A DNA stretch of 64,000 nt, taken from positions 95,874-159,873 of the forward strand of contig JAIPGM010000004.1 in the NCBI GenBank assembly GCA_021735655.1. The letters run 5' to 3'. This DNA is from Candidatus Omnitrophota bacterium (GTDB lineage Bacteria; Omnitrophota; Gorgyraeia; Duberdicusellales; 4484-171). The notes under the pieces were generated by a model. It did not search any database and was not told the origin of the DNA. It saw only the letters and a list, made by a program, of their open reading frames with translations. Positions 9,613 through 19,393 of this stretch are shown piece by piece (the stretch's first letter is position 1; each line of letters opens with the position of its first letter). The translations under genes were made by a program, and so were the position numbers.

Positions 9613-11427
9613 TCAATAAAACTTTTGCTCTTCCCAATATTGGTAAAACTTACCTTTCTTCTTAAGGAGCTCGGTTAAATCCCCCTCCTCTATGAATCGA
9701 CCATCCTCGATTACCACGATCTTATCGGCATTCTTTATCGTAGAAAGCCTATGAGCAATAGTTATCGCAGTTTTCCCTTTAACCATCTGCTCAACCGCCT
9801 CCTGTATAAGCCGTTCGGTATGTGTGTCAAGAGAGCTGGTAGCTTCGTCTAAAATTAAAATCTCAGACCTTCTAAGCACTGCTCGCGCGATAGAAACTCT
9901 CTGCTTTTCCCCGCCTGAAAGCTGGACCCCCCTATCTCCTACCAAGCTATCCAAGCCCTTCGATGCTTTCAAAATAACTTCGTGCAATCTTGCCTTTTTG
10001 GCAACAACCATTATTTCTTCTTCCGAGCATTCTCTATCTAAGCCATAGGTAATGTTATTTCTAAGGGTATCATTAAAAAGTGCTGAGTCTTGACTTACCA
10101 GGGCTATTTGCCCTCTCAACGATTCCACTGTAAACTCTCTTATATCGGTGCCGTCGATAAAAATTGTTGAAGGTGGGCAATCGTAAAAACGTAAAATCAA
10201 ACTGATAAGCGTGGTTTTCCCGGCTCCGGTCGAACCAACTATCGCAGTCATTTTTCCCTTTTCGACCGAAAAACTAACATCTTTTAATGTTTGTATTCCT
10301 TTTTTATAAAAAAAGTTTAGATGCCTAAAATCTATGCTTTCGTTTAATTGTTTAAACTCTTTTCGGCCGCCGTTTACAAAAAATTTATTTTTATCGTCAA
10401 AAACCTTTAATATGCTCCTCATCGGGCCTTCTATATTAGCTAAAGAAACTCTAAACAAACCTAGCCCTTTTGAGTAGGTAAAAATCCTCTTGATAATAAC
10501 GATGTACACCGCAAAGATTGCTACATCCCCTGACTGTTTTTTTACGATCAAAAAGGCGGTGGCAGCGATAAATAATAAGAGCATTACTAAGGCAATAATT
10601 TCATGAACCAAAGGCACTAAATAACGCTTTCTATCAACATTAAATTCCAGCTCTTCTATGGCATCGCTGGCCTTACTGAAACGATGTTCCTCCTTCTTCT
10701 CTGCAACACAGGCTTTAACTAAAAGCATATTAGATAATATATTGAAAATACTTTGGCCCAAAACCGTATGGGCACCGGCCCAAACAACTGAACTTTTTTT
10801 GATCTTATCAATAAGCCATTGCGAAGAATAAAATACCAGGGGAAAAACAAGCATTGCGAAAATTGTCAACTTCCAAGAAATCATCACCATTATAATAATG
10901 TATACAACAAGCATAAGTATCAAAATGCATGAATTTTCTAAAATCATGAGCTGACTCGAAATTTTGTTGGTAAAACCGATGAGCACCTGGTTAAGACTCC
11001 CTGTGCTGTTAAGGTCGAAATGCTTTTTCCCAAAACCAAGGTAGCGCTTGAAGATATTTTTTCTTAATTGATTGGAAAACTTCCTTACCTGACGAGCTAT
11101 GCCAACGGCGGATAGATATTGAAAAATGTTTTTTGCGACTGCTGTCGTCGCAATCATGACCAAAAGCAAGATAAATAATGAAGTATTTGTTGCGCTAAGC
11201 GAATCTGGAATTTGTTCAATAATATTTTTTAGAATGGGGACTTCTCTGACAAAGATAAAATCTGCTTTAATGATTCCCCTTACCGTGGGGATTAAAAGCG
11301 TTATACTAAGACCCTCAAACAGCGCTGCCCCTAAAGCTAAAACTACCGGAAAAATAAAATGCGACAACTTTACATCTATTCTGTGAAAGAATTTTATTAA
11401 CCGTACAAGATTCAAATACAGTTTCAT
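9613..11427 (-). CDS. ABC transporter permease/ATPase, MsbA-like exporter (probable glycolipid flippase)
   Basis: 604 aa. N-terminal 6-TM domain. Walker A GSTGAGKTT. Signature LSGGEKQRVSIARA. Walker B ILILDEATSSLD. Confidence 0.85.
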   Translation of the reverse strand: MKLYLNLVRLIKFFHRIDVKLSHFIFPVVLALGAALFEGLSITLLIPTVRGIIKADFIFVREVPILKNIIEQIPDSLSATNTSLFILLLVMIATTAVAKNIFQYLSAVGIARQVRKFSNQLRKNIFKRYLGFGKKHFDLNSTGSLNQVLIGFTNKISSQLMILENSCILILMLVVYIIIMVMISWKLTIFAMLVFPLVFYSSQWLIDKIKKSSVVWAGAHTVLGQSIFNILSNMLLVKACVAEKKEEHRFSKASDAIEELEFNVDRKRYLVPLVHEIIALVMLLLFIAATAFLIVKKQSGDVAIFAVYIVIIKRIFTYSKGLGLFRVSLANIEGPMRSILKVFDDKNKFFVNGGRKEFKQLNESIDFRHLNFFYKKGIQTLKDVSFSVEKGKMTAIVGSTGAGKTTLISLILRFYDCPPSTIFIDGTDIREFTVESLRGQIALVSQDSALFNDTLRNNITYGLDRECSEEEIMVVAKKARLHEVILKASKGLDSLVGDRGVQLSGGEKQRVSIARAVLRRSEILILDEATSSLDTHTERLIQEAVEQMVKGKTAITIAHRLSTIKNADKIVVIEDGRFIEEGDLTELLKKKGKFYQYWEEQKFY

Positions 11428-11454
11428 TTCCTTAGCTCCTTAAATTTCTACATC

Positions 11455-11694
11455 CTAAATGCGTGTGATTTTACCTTCCTGCTCGCTAGTTTTATTTATT
11501 TTGTTTGCTATCCAGGAATCAAGTAAATCTTTTTTAAAGCGCCATTGCCCACCAAGCTTGAAACCCGGTAGCTGACCTTTCTTTGTAAGACGATAAACCG
11601 TGATTGGATGTAACCCTAAATATTTAGCCGCCTCTTTAGGGTTCATAATTCCCGAATACTCGAACTGCTTTTGTTTTGGGTTTTTAGGTTTCAT
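11455..11694 (-). CDS. Excisionase-family (HTH_17) DNA-binding protein
   Basis: 79 aa. AAKYLGLHPITVYRLTKKGQLPGFKLGGQWRFKKDLLDSWI is the classic Xis/MerR-type HTH_17 motif. Flanked by AT-rich non-coding DNA. Confidence 0.6.
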   Translation of the reverse strand: MKPKNPKQKQFEYSGIMNPKEAAKYLGLHPITVYRLTKKGQLPGFKLGGQWRFKKDLLDSWIANKINKTSEQEGKITRI

Positions 11695-11879
11695 TTTCCT
11701 CCAACATTATACAAATAGCACATTTTTGCAAAGAAGTCAACGAATGATGACTTTTTTTATTAAAGATTAATAATAATCATCATTTGCTAGCTATTGCTAA
11801 TAATTGCTAAAAGAACTAAAAAAATACCCAAGGAGCATAGCTATTTGGCTAAAACTACTAGAAATTAAATTTCGGGGGG

Positions 11880-13007
11880 TTATTGGCTATTGCCTAGACT
11901 CGCCTTAAGTATCTTGAAAAGAATCGCGGTCAACTCTCCTGAACTTTTAGGATTTCGTAACAGCTCCCAAACTAGGGTTGCGTGGCGCTCAAAATCGCCT
12001 TCGCGCTCAATGGTGGTAATATTTTTTTTAGCGAAGGAAAATATTCGCTTAACATCTTGATCGCTTAGCTTTTGAAATATCTTTCGAGCTCTCAAGGGTA
12101 TTTTTAATTCTCGGCCAAATCTCTGCATCCAAAGCGAAGGATAGCTAGAATACCTCTTCTCAATAATACACTCGGCTAATGTTTCAGCACCACGCATACC
12201 CATATAAATTCCGCCATAAGTTAGTGGCTTAGTTTGAGAAGCGCTATCACCGACCAAAAATACTTTCTCCCGAGATATATCCTTATGCTGAGTTAATGGC
12301 ACAGCTCCAGCAAATTTTTCAATAACCTCCCCGTTCATTTTTTGCCTTTTAATGAAAGTCAATAAATCTTGATAAGGGTTTTTAGAGATAACCCCGACTC
12401 GGGCCACCCGCTCTGACTCTGGAATTACCCAATAAAAATAAGGCCGCTCTATATATACTTCTACTAAATCCTTTCTCTGGGATTTATGTGCCATGCGAAA
12501 CTGGACCCCCTTCAAGGTGCTCCCCTTATAATTATTAGTAACAAACCCTTTGGTTGCAGAGTTAGCTCCGTCAGCACCAACAACAATATCTGCCAAAATC
12601 TCTCCCTTGTCGGTTTCGATAATATAGCTGCCGTTTTCTTTTTCCAGACCAAGGAATTTAGTTTCAAAAAGTATATTAAGACCTTTGCTTAAGTTTTTAT
12701 CGAAAGTTTCTCGGTCAACCACATAAGCGACTTTCTTCTTTTTAAGCACAAACTTGTCTTTCCCCAAACGAATAACTGCTCCATTTATCGTATTTGAAAC
12801 GCAGCCCCGAGCAATCGACACCTTGGCTTCGCTAAAAACCTTTCCACCGACCAGCCCGGCGCAATGCACTGGTCGGCCTATTTCCTTATGATCTTCTATA
12901 AGTAAAGGGTTTAGCCCCGATCCCTTAAGAAGCTGTGCCAAATAACAACCTACTGGGCCCGCTCCTATAATAACTATTTTTTTTTGTTTCTTGGTTTCTC
13001 TCTTCAT
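11880..13007 (-). CDS. FAD-dependent oxidoreductase, geranylgeranyl-reductase family
   Basis: 375 aa. N-terminal IVIIGAGPVGCYLAQLL dinucleotide-binding motif. Confidence 0.6.
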   Translation of the reverse strand: MKRETKKQKKIVIIGAGPVGCYLAQLLKGSGLNPLLIEDHKEIGRPVHCAGLVGGKVFSEAKVSIARGCVSNTINGAVIRLGKDKFVLKKKKVAYVVDRETFDKNLSKGLNILFETKFLGLEKENGSYIIETDKGEILADIVVGADGANSATKGFVTNNYKGSTLKGVQFRMAHKSQRKDLVEVYIERPYFYWVIPESERVARVGVISKNPYQDLLTFIKRQKMNGEVIEKFAGAVPLTQHKDISREKVFLVGDSASQTKPLTYGGIYMGMRGAETLAECIIEKRYSSYPSLWMQRFGRELKIPLRARKIFQKLSDQDVKRIFSFAKKNITTIEREGDFERHATLVWELLRNPKSSGELTAILFKILKASLGNSQ

Positions 13008-13045
13008 AACCTCTACTCTTATTGATTGTTGTTTTTTTCCGATAT

Positions 13046-13486
13046 TTAAAGATTCAAATCAAATATTAATTTATCGCCAGCTCTTAGCCCCACATCTTCA
13101 ACTATACCAGCGCTTACTTCCAAAACATAAAGAGCTTTCTTATCCGGACTCAATACCGAACAATTATCTAAAGTGCATGGCTTAGCGTTTTCTTTAATAA
13201 AAACTGCTTCCTTATTTTTATTCAACCAAACTATGTCTAAAGGTATCTCAGTGTTTTTCATCCAAAAATTATGGATTTGTTCTTCGGTAAAAATAAACAG
13301 CATCCCTCTATCCCGATCAAGCCTCTTGCGAAACATTAATCCTTGCTCGCGCTGTTCCTGAGTTGCAGCAATCTCCACAACAAAGCAGTGCTGTTTAAAA
13401 CAAACTTTGCTCGGCTGGTCATAATGGCAACCAACCACAGCAAGGATTAAAACTGTTACGCCAATTAAAATAGACCGAAAATACAC
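13046..13486 (-). CDS. DUF192 domain protein
   Basis: 146 aa. Signal/TM N-terminus. EQREQGLMFRKRLDRDRGMLFIF...IPLDIVWL matches the DUF192 core. Confidence 0.5.
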   Translation of the reverse strand: MYFRSILIGVTVLILAVVGCHYDQPSKVCFKQHCFVVEIAATQEQREQGLMFRKRLDRDRGMLFIFTEEQIHNFWMKNTEIPLDIVWLNKNKEAVFIKENAKPCTLDNCSVLSPDKKALYVLEVSAGIVEDVGLRAGDKLIFDLNL

Positions 13487-13498
13487 CTTAACTCTGCC

Positions 13499-14377
13499 TT
13501 ACTTGAGCCAATTTGAAAGATCTCTTTGGATAAGTTTTTCTAGTTCTAAAATATCTTGTCTATACAAATTAACTATCCGCCTTCGTGCCTCGGGTGATAG
13601 AGATGGTTTAACCAGGCAGGCTTTCCAAAATCGATCACGAAGAGCCGAAAAAAAACGCAAAACTATTTTTGGCAAAAAACTTCTAAGGCGTTTAACCACC
13701 GCTGTAGCCTTGCGCCCAAGCACTAGCCACCCACGCATGACGATATTTTTTGGCAGGCCAGAAGGGTTATGTCTAATAGAGATATCTGGTAAAAAATTCT
13801 CATCTACATTCAAAAACCTAAAAATATCTCTTAATAAGTCAAAAGGGTTAGTTTGTAAATCTTCGTAAAGAAAAATTTTTATCTGCGAACGGTCAAAAAG
13901 TTTAAAATAATGCTTAAGGTGCCGATAATAAGAGTTGTTTTCTAGATGCTGTCTGCGGTATCCAGGCGACCCCGTATCTATTTGTCCAAGGAAATCACTA
14001 AAGCTGTCGGGCTTCTCTTTGCCTTCTCGACACCGATGCATAAAATTCGAATATAGTTTATCAGCCGGGTCACGAAAGATAACAATGAGTTTTACTTTTG
14101 GGATATAGCGCTTTATTTGCTCAGCGGCTTTTGGCTTAGACAAATAAATAATTGATGCTTCGCCAATAGCCCTTTCTCTTGAAACATTTTTGAATAACTC
14201 TTTGTAATTTTCTAAATTAGCTATTCTCCCGTTTTTTTTCTTTTCGCCTTCAAAGCCAAAAAAATTTGGCTCCTTAACCGGACTCATATAAATTTCGGGA
14301 TGCTGCCCCAGATAGTTATAAAGCGAGGTCGTACCAACCCTCCCAGTACCAATAATCAAAAAATTAGGCATTGCCAT
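13499..14377 (-). CDS. Sulfotransferase family protein
   Basis: 292 aa. N-terminal PNFLIIGTGRVGTTSLYNYL is the PAPS-binding 5'PSB motif. RDP region is 3'PB-like. Confidence 0.65.
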   Translation of the reverse strand: MAMPNFLIIGTGRVGTTSLYNYLGQHPEIYMSPVKEPNFFGFEGEKKKNGRIANLENYKELFKNVSRERAIGEASIIYLSKPKAAEQIKRYIPKVKLIVIFRDPADKLYSNFMHRCREGKEKPDSFSDFLGQIDTGSPGYRRQHLENNSYYRHLKHYFKLFDRSQIKIFLYEDLQTNPFDLLRDIFRFLNVDENFLPDISIRHNPSGLPKNIVMRGWLVLGRKATAVVKRLRSFLPKIVLRFFSALRDRFWKACLVKPSLSPEARRRIVNLYRQDILELEKLIQRDLSNWLK

Positions 14378-14578
14378 AGGTTTGTGTCGGTCCCCTCTGA
14401 GGCTGGAGTTTATCCCCGCGAAATCCCTTTAATTTCTTTTATAAACGGGGTCAACGGCATTGCCGCCCATTGATTTAAAAACCCCTTAAACTCATTGCGC
14501 ATTGTAGCCTTCGTTTATCTTTCTGTGTATAGTTTATAAACTTACTCAAGGCACCCTGTCGTACCTCAAATCGTTATA

Positions 14579-16969
14579 TTACTCAATCGTATAAAGATAA
14601 TCGCCTATCGCACGAGCAACCGTTTCCATGCTTTGTGCGCTGCATTTATCAACTGTATCACCTGTTGTATGGGAATACGGGTATTCAAAATCAATCAGCA
14701 AAAAGCTTGGAATTCCGGCTTGATTAAGCGGAATGTGATCGTCTCTAATATCTTGCCCAACTCTTTTTTGAAAAACATTACCGTTGATTTCCTGTGCGAT
14801 ACTCCAAAAAGATTCTACTTGGTTAGGAGAATTTTTAACCGATAATCCTTCTTTCAAGATTCTTAAATCTTTATCGCACACCATATCCAATACAATCCCA
14901 CCGATTGGCTTGGTATTGCTGTATATTTCGCTCAAATGCTCAGCAAAGTAAGTGGAGCCGAGCGGCTTCCAATAAGTATAATCTCCACCTTGATTTTCTT
15001 CACCTTCTTCTCCATCAAAGAAAACAACATCAATCCCTATGCTTGGCTCCGCCTGTGCGTTGGCGAATAAACGAGCTAATTCCACAAGAACTGCCACTCC
15101 CGAAGCAGAGTCATTTGCCCCCGGCACTGGGTGGTCGGGGTTCCTTTTGTCCTTGTCGGCAAATTTTTTGCTGTCGTAATGCGCTCCAAGTATAATCCGC
15201 CGCTCTTGGGCGGGAAACAATCGACCAATGATATTTGTCAATCTATGAACTTTCCCGTCTTGTCCAGCCTGCTCCCAGGTCTGAATTTTTACCTCCGGCG
15301 CAAGTTCTTTCATTTCGGCCAATATAAAATTTTGGGCTTTTTCGTGTCCACCTGCGCTTAGGTAACGTGGGCCATAGCGAAGTTGCTGAGCAACGAGAGC
15401 TAGCATTTCTTCACCCTTAAGGGATGACTTCTGATTAAAGCTATTGCGCAAAATTTGTCCGGTCAAATATTCAACTGGCGAAAAATTGTCGGTCAATACA
15501 GGATAAACCGAAAACTCAAATCGGTTCATATCGATAATCTTATTTTGTAGGGATCGAATAATTTCATTAGGATGTTCAACTACCGAAGCTGCGCCTAGAT
15601 CTATCCTTTTATCGCTATTGTGGCCAACTAAAACGATATTCTGTGATTCGATTATCCCCGGCGAATCAACCGCAAAAAAATAACTATTCGGAAAAACCGA
15701 TTGGAATGTCTTTATCTCGGACATAATAAGCGATGGTTGTTGACGAGACAAACTCCCAATCAGGCTTGCGATAAAAAGACCCTCGTCACTAAGTTTCTCT
15801 TTCGCGATTGTAAAAAATTCTTTGGTAGTAAAGTGTGCCGGAACAGAAAAAAACGAGTAGTATACATCGCTAAAAATTAAATCGTATTTTTTATTTGAGT
15901 CTCGCAACAGGCGACGTCCATCCTCTATATAGTTTCTCAGCCGCGGTGTGTTGGTTACCCGAAAATACTTTCTTGAAAGGTTAAACAAAGAAGGTTCTAT
16001 CTCAGAAACATCTACTGTCGCCTCTGGCAACTCCGCGAGCAATGCTCTGGGGAGAGAATACGCACCACCACCGATAACAAGAGCATTTTTTACGTCGGGC
16101 GTAAAAATCTTATAAAGAGCATAGTATTTTGCATAGCCCCCTACCAGATCGATCGGATCATCGGAATCGAGAAACATAGCCCCTGAGATGCTGCGGTCTT
16201 GCTGAAAAAACCTTGTTAGTCGCCCATCAAAAACACTATCATAGATAGTAATTCTTTCATAAACGCCATCTTTACTGTAAACAACACCTTCATTTTCTTG
16301 GTATTCAATAAACAGCGCCATGATGAAAAAAAGCATAAACACAAATAGAACACCATACAAATATTTCTTTTTCAAACCGAGCACAAAAAGAGGGACTAGC
16401 CCGAGAAGAAACAAAACTACTCCATTAGCAATAACAATTTGATTTATTCCAAAATTAGGTATGAGCACAAATCCTGCCAACAAGCTTCCGAATATACTTC
16501 CTAAAGTTGAACAAAAGAAAACTTTTCCGGCGATCGTTCCAACGCCTTGGTTTGGAGAGTGAACGCTTTGTAATTTAATTGTATAGGGAGACAATGTGCC
16601 GAGCAATAATGCTGGTAGCAGAAATAAAAATATTGAGGACACTAAAGGTCCGGCGGAAATTGAAAAGGCCAAGCTCAAAATCGGCAAAAGAATAACGCCG
16701 ACAAAATGAAACAAAAGTAGCGTAAGTCCGCTCAGAAGAATGATGCTAAAGAACCAACTCGAAGATGGATAACGATCAGCCAGCTTGCCGCCGGCATAGT
16801 ATCCAAAACTTAGCGCGGCAAGGATAACACTTATTACGCTCGATACGGTAAAAATCGTATTGCCGTAATAAGGAGACAAAATACGAACCGCAACCACTTC
16901 GATAACAAGTACCGAGGCGCCAGTGACAAAAACTACAAAAAGCAAAAAATATTTTTTAAGAAATTCCAT
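14579..16969 (-). CDS. Fusion protein: multi-TM N-terminus, spermidine-synthase-like aminopropyltransferase domain, C-terminal M28-family peptidase domain
   Basis: The ORF track begins at a TTG at 16993. The first ATG (MEFLKKYF) is at 16969. The TM region is followed by LVIGGGAYSLPRAL (spermidine synthase SAM fold). The C-terminal GAHYDS...PGANDSASGVAVLVELARLF...VVFFDGEE is the M28 metal-binding signature. Confidence 0.55.
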   Translation of the reverse strand: MEFLKKYFLLFVVFVTGASVLVIEVVAVRILSPYYGNTIFTVSSVISVILAALSFGYYAGGKLADRYPSSSWFFSIILLSGLTLLLFHFVGVILLPILSLAFSISAGPLVSSIFLFLLPALLLGTLSPYTIKLQSVHSPNQGVGTIAGKVFFCSTLGSIFGSLLAGFVLIPNFGINQIVIANGVVLFLLGLVPLFVLGLKKKYLYGVLFVFMLFFIMALFIEYQENEGVVYSKDGVYERITIYDSVFDGRLTRFFQQDRSISGAMFLDSDDPIDLVGGYAKYYALYKIFTPDVKNALVIGGGAYSLPRALLAELPEATVDVSEIEPSLFNLSRKYFRVTNTPRLRNYIEDGRRLLRDSNKKYDLIFSDVYYSFFSVPAHFTTKEFFTIAKEKLSDEGLFIASLIGSLSRQQPSLIMSEIKTFQSVFPNSYFFAVDSPGIIESQNIVLVGHNSDKRIDLGAASVVEHPNEIIRSLQNKIIDMNRFEFSVYPVLTDNFSPVEYLTGQILRNSFNQKSSLKGEEMLALVAQQLRYGPRYLSAGGHEKAQNFILAEMKELAPEVKIQTWEQAGQDGKVHRLTNIIGRLFPAQERRIILGAHYDSKKFADKDKRNPDHPVPGANDSASGVAVLVELARLFANAQAEPSIGIDVVFFDGEEGEENQGGDYTYWKPLGSTYFAEHLSEIYSNTKPIGGIVLDMVCDKDLRILKEGLSVKNSPNQVESFWSIAQEINGNVFQKRVGQDIRDDHIPLNQAGIPSFLLIDFEYPYSHTTGDTVDKCSAQSMETVARAIGDYLYTIE

Positions 16970-16986
16970 CGAAACGAAGTATAGCG

Positions 16987-17037
16987 AGGTCAATGGGATT
17001 CGACCCCACGATCACCTGCGTGATAGGCAATAGCCCC
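16987..17037 (-). repeat. Partial direct repeat of the tRNA-Asp 3' half (att-site remnant), left island boundary
   Basis: gaggtcaatgggattcgaccccacgatcacctgcgtgataggcaatagcccc aligns with 34678..34724 inside tRNA-Asp. There are identical blocks of 19 and 11 bp and about 5 mismatches over ~48 bp. No tRNA 5' half is adjacent. Confidence 0.7.
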
Positions 17038-17576
17038 TAAATAAAAACTCCTCTATTTTTAATGTCAACTACGTTTTAATTATAACATGTTGGTCAAATA
17101 GTGTCTATGCCCGGTTTAGATCTATATGGCCTAGGCTGGATTTGTGTCAATTAAGATAAAAAAATAAATTATCGATTTTTGATTGTTCATAAAATAAAAT
17201 TTATTTTGCTATCGCTAATATTATACTTCTTCCCGAAACTAAAGCAAACTTTATTAATCTTCACCCTTCTAATATCGAAATTAAAATATAAATTGCTTTA
17301 GTCTCTGTGAGCATGTTTTCGGGGATTTGATAGATAATGAAGACGGGCCGAATGTGACACTACTCAAACTACACAAGCCCAATCAATACAACTACTTGTG
17401 AAACTTTATAAAAAGCGTTCTATGGGCACTTTGATGTCCCTCGGCCAACCCATTAATAATTCAGCACCTTATCGAAAAGGTGTTTTATCACAACACCGGC
17501 AAAAAACCATGAAAATGGTCACTCAAAACTAAAATTCTCGATCCCTATACAAGCGCTAATCTTGGCGAGTGAAAAT

Positions 17577-18434
17577 CTACCTTTTACCGATAACCCGCCT
17601 ATACCTACCACGTTTTGGGTTTATCATAAGCTGACGAAAAGCCTCAGCTCGCTGATTTTCCCTCCACTTTTGTTCTTCAGCTTGTTGTTTCTCTTTTTCT
17701 CGTTGCTCATCCATGTGAGATAGAATATCTTGAGCTAAAAGCAAACGTGAATTATTTAAGGCACATTCTACAAAGTCTTTTCGACTAAGGCTGGCAACTA
17801 CAGCCCATCCGCCCATATCTCCCGGAAAAAGACACCAAAGAAAAGATCGCCTTTCATCTGCCTGATCGACAGGGGGAATACCTTGAAAATCAAAATAAAC
17901 TGGTACTGAGCTTTCAAGCCACCTTTTAGGAAAACATTCTTCTGGGAAATAGGTAAAATATATGCCTTTCCAAATTGAAGATCCAAAGTCTTTATGCCCT
18001 GACCCGGCATGGAAATCATTAGACCCTTTACAAAAACGTCGGTAGTCCATCGACAATCGTGTACCGTTAACAAGCCACACCATATTTTTATAAAAATTTT
18101 CACGACTCTTTATCTCATCAGAGTCGATTGCCGAATGCTGAAATTCTATTACAAGCCCACTGATCGTTTTTACATCTGCAATATGTTTTTCTTCATTCAT
18201 AGAATCAAAGTGCCCAAGCTCCTGCCATTCTTTCGGAAAATGTTTCTTCCATTCTCTGTGCCACTCCGCTTCATTCTCCCACCATGGATCACACAACGAT
18301 TTTCGCTTATGCTTCCAATGCCAAACTTTTTCTGCCCCACAATAAGCGATCATATCGCTTTGGCAATGCACACACGAACCTCGTAACCCCGGCTGAGCTT
18401 CCGTCTTATCTCCGCCAACCAGAGCAAATCTCAT
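17577..18434 (-). CDS. CoiA-like competence-family protein (putative nuclease-fold protein)
   Basis: 285 aa. N-terminal Cys-rich CVHCQSDMIAYCG...WHWKH. EKHIADVKT...VIEFQHSAIDSDEIKSRENFY resembles the CoiA core. Confidence 0.45.
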   Translation of the reverse strand: MRFALVGGDKTEAQPGLRGSCVHCQSDMIAYCGAEKVWHWKHKRKSLCDPWWENEAEWHREWKKHFPKEWQELGHFDSMNEEKHIADVKTISGLVIEFQHSAIDSDEIKSRENFYKNMVWLVNGTRLSMDYRRFCKGSNDFHAGSGHKDFGSSIWKGIYFTYFPEECFPKRWLESSVPVYFDFQGIPPVDQADERRSFLWCLFPGDMGGWAVVASLSRKDFVECALNNSRLLLAQDILSHMDEQREKEKQQAEEQKWRENQRAEAFRQLMINPKRGRYRRVIGKR

Positions 18435-18679
18435 ATTTTATTCCTTTTTTTTTCGGTGTTATTAGTGCAAGCCCATACTAAAGCGACAATCCACGCAATT
18501 CCCCCAGTAAAAACCATAAACAGGTTTAAGATAAATATGGCTAAAGCATTATTATGCTTCCTCTTTCTAGCAACAACAGTCGGCAAGAAATAAAAACCGA
18601 TGGCAACGATACCGCCAATAATTCCCAAAACAATCCATGCTACAGGGGCTTGATCCCACCAAGCAATAAAATCGCCCAT
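18431..18679 (-). CDS. Superinfection-immunity-like small membrane protein (Imm_superinfect-like)
   Basis: 82 aa, two TM helices. FLPTVVARKRKHNNALAIFILNLFMVFTGGIAWIVALVWA matches the Imm_superinfect pattern. Overlaps the CoiA-like gene by 4 nt. Confidence 0.5.
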   Translation of the reverse strand: MGDFIAWWDQAPVAWIVLGIIGGIVAIGFYFLPTVVARKRKHNNALAIFILNLFMVFTGGIAWIVALVWACTNNTEKKRNKI

Positions 18680-18710
18680 TCATTACTCCTAGAGAAAATC
18701 TCTTAAACTT

Positions 18711-18956
18711 TTACTTTTGTTCCTCATTTTCAAGAACATAACCTTGACCATAATCTATTATCTCTACCCATTGTTTACCTTTGTTTATGTTTAAATCCCA
18801 GACTCTGCCGGTTATGGTGTCACATTTCATCCACATCATTCCACCCAACTGACCACTTCCTTGATAAGTTGTGACTTGATATCTACCATTCAGTGCAAAC
18901 AAAAAGGCTGATACTGCCAAAGAAATACACAGAATCATTATTCCAAAATTCTTCAT
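18711..18956 (-). CDS. Small secreted/membrane-anchored hypothetical protein
   Basis: 81 aa with an N-terminal signal/TM segment. Confidence 0.35.
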   Translation of the reverse strand: MKNFGIMILCISLAVSAFLFALNGRYQVTTYQGSGQLGGMMWMKCDTITGRVWDLNINKGKQWVEIIDYGQGYVLENEEQK

Positions 18957-18997
18957 ATATCCTCCTGAGTCATTTAAACACTACCGTTTTGTAATCT

Positions 18998-19393
18998 CTA
19001 TTCTTCCTCATTTACAAAAATCGCCGTTCCTTTAACAACCTTGGCATTTACAGGCGCAACCCATATTGCACCACTCCCATAACCACCGGCCATAGTAGAT
19101 GTCTGAGTTCCCGTATTTGTTAATAACACACCGTTTGCGCCGATTTTTGCCGCTTGTTTTTTAAGCTCCGCAACTGCATAATCTTGTGAGTCTTGATCCG
19201 TCCATCCCGAATCACTTGATGCTTCAACAACCCCAAGCACATCATATTTCTTTGGTTCCTCTAAATAAAGCTTTACTGATTGTGGATCCGTAGATGGCCG
19301 GGCAGTTCCAGTAAGGATAACACTACCCGTTGCACAGCCTATGAGAAACGAAGCTACTAGGCAACAAACAATAATTTTGGAATATTGTTTCAT
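18998..19393 (-). CDS. Lipoprotein, hypothetical
   Basis: 131 aa. Signal peptide with lipobox LIGC. Confidence 0.45.
   Translation of the reverse strand: MKQYSKIIVCCLVASFLIGCATGSVILTGTARPSTDPQSVKLYLEEPKKYDVLGVVEASSDSGWTDQDSQDYAVAELKKQAAKIGANGVLLTNTGTQTSTMAGGYGSGAIWVAPVNAKVVKGTAIFVNEEE

Noticed and set aside
16970-16993. TTG-initiated N-terminal extension of the 804-aa ORF
   Set aside because: The extension runs into the tRNA-derived repeat. The first ATG (MEFLKK) at 16969 is the more plausible start.
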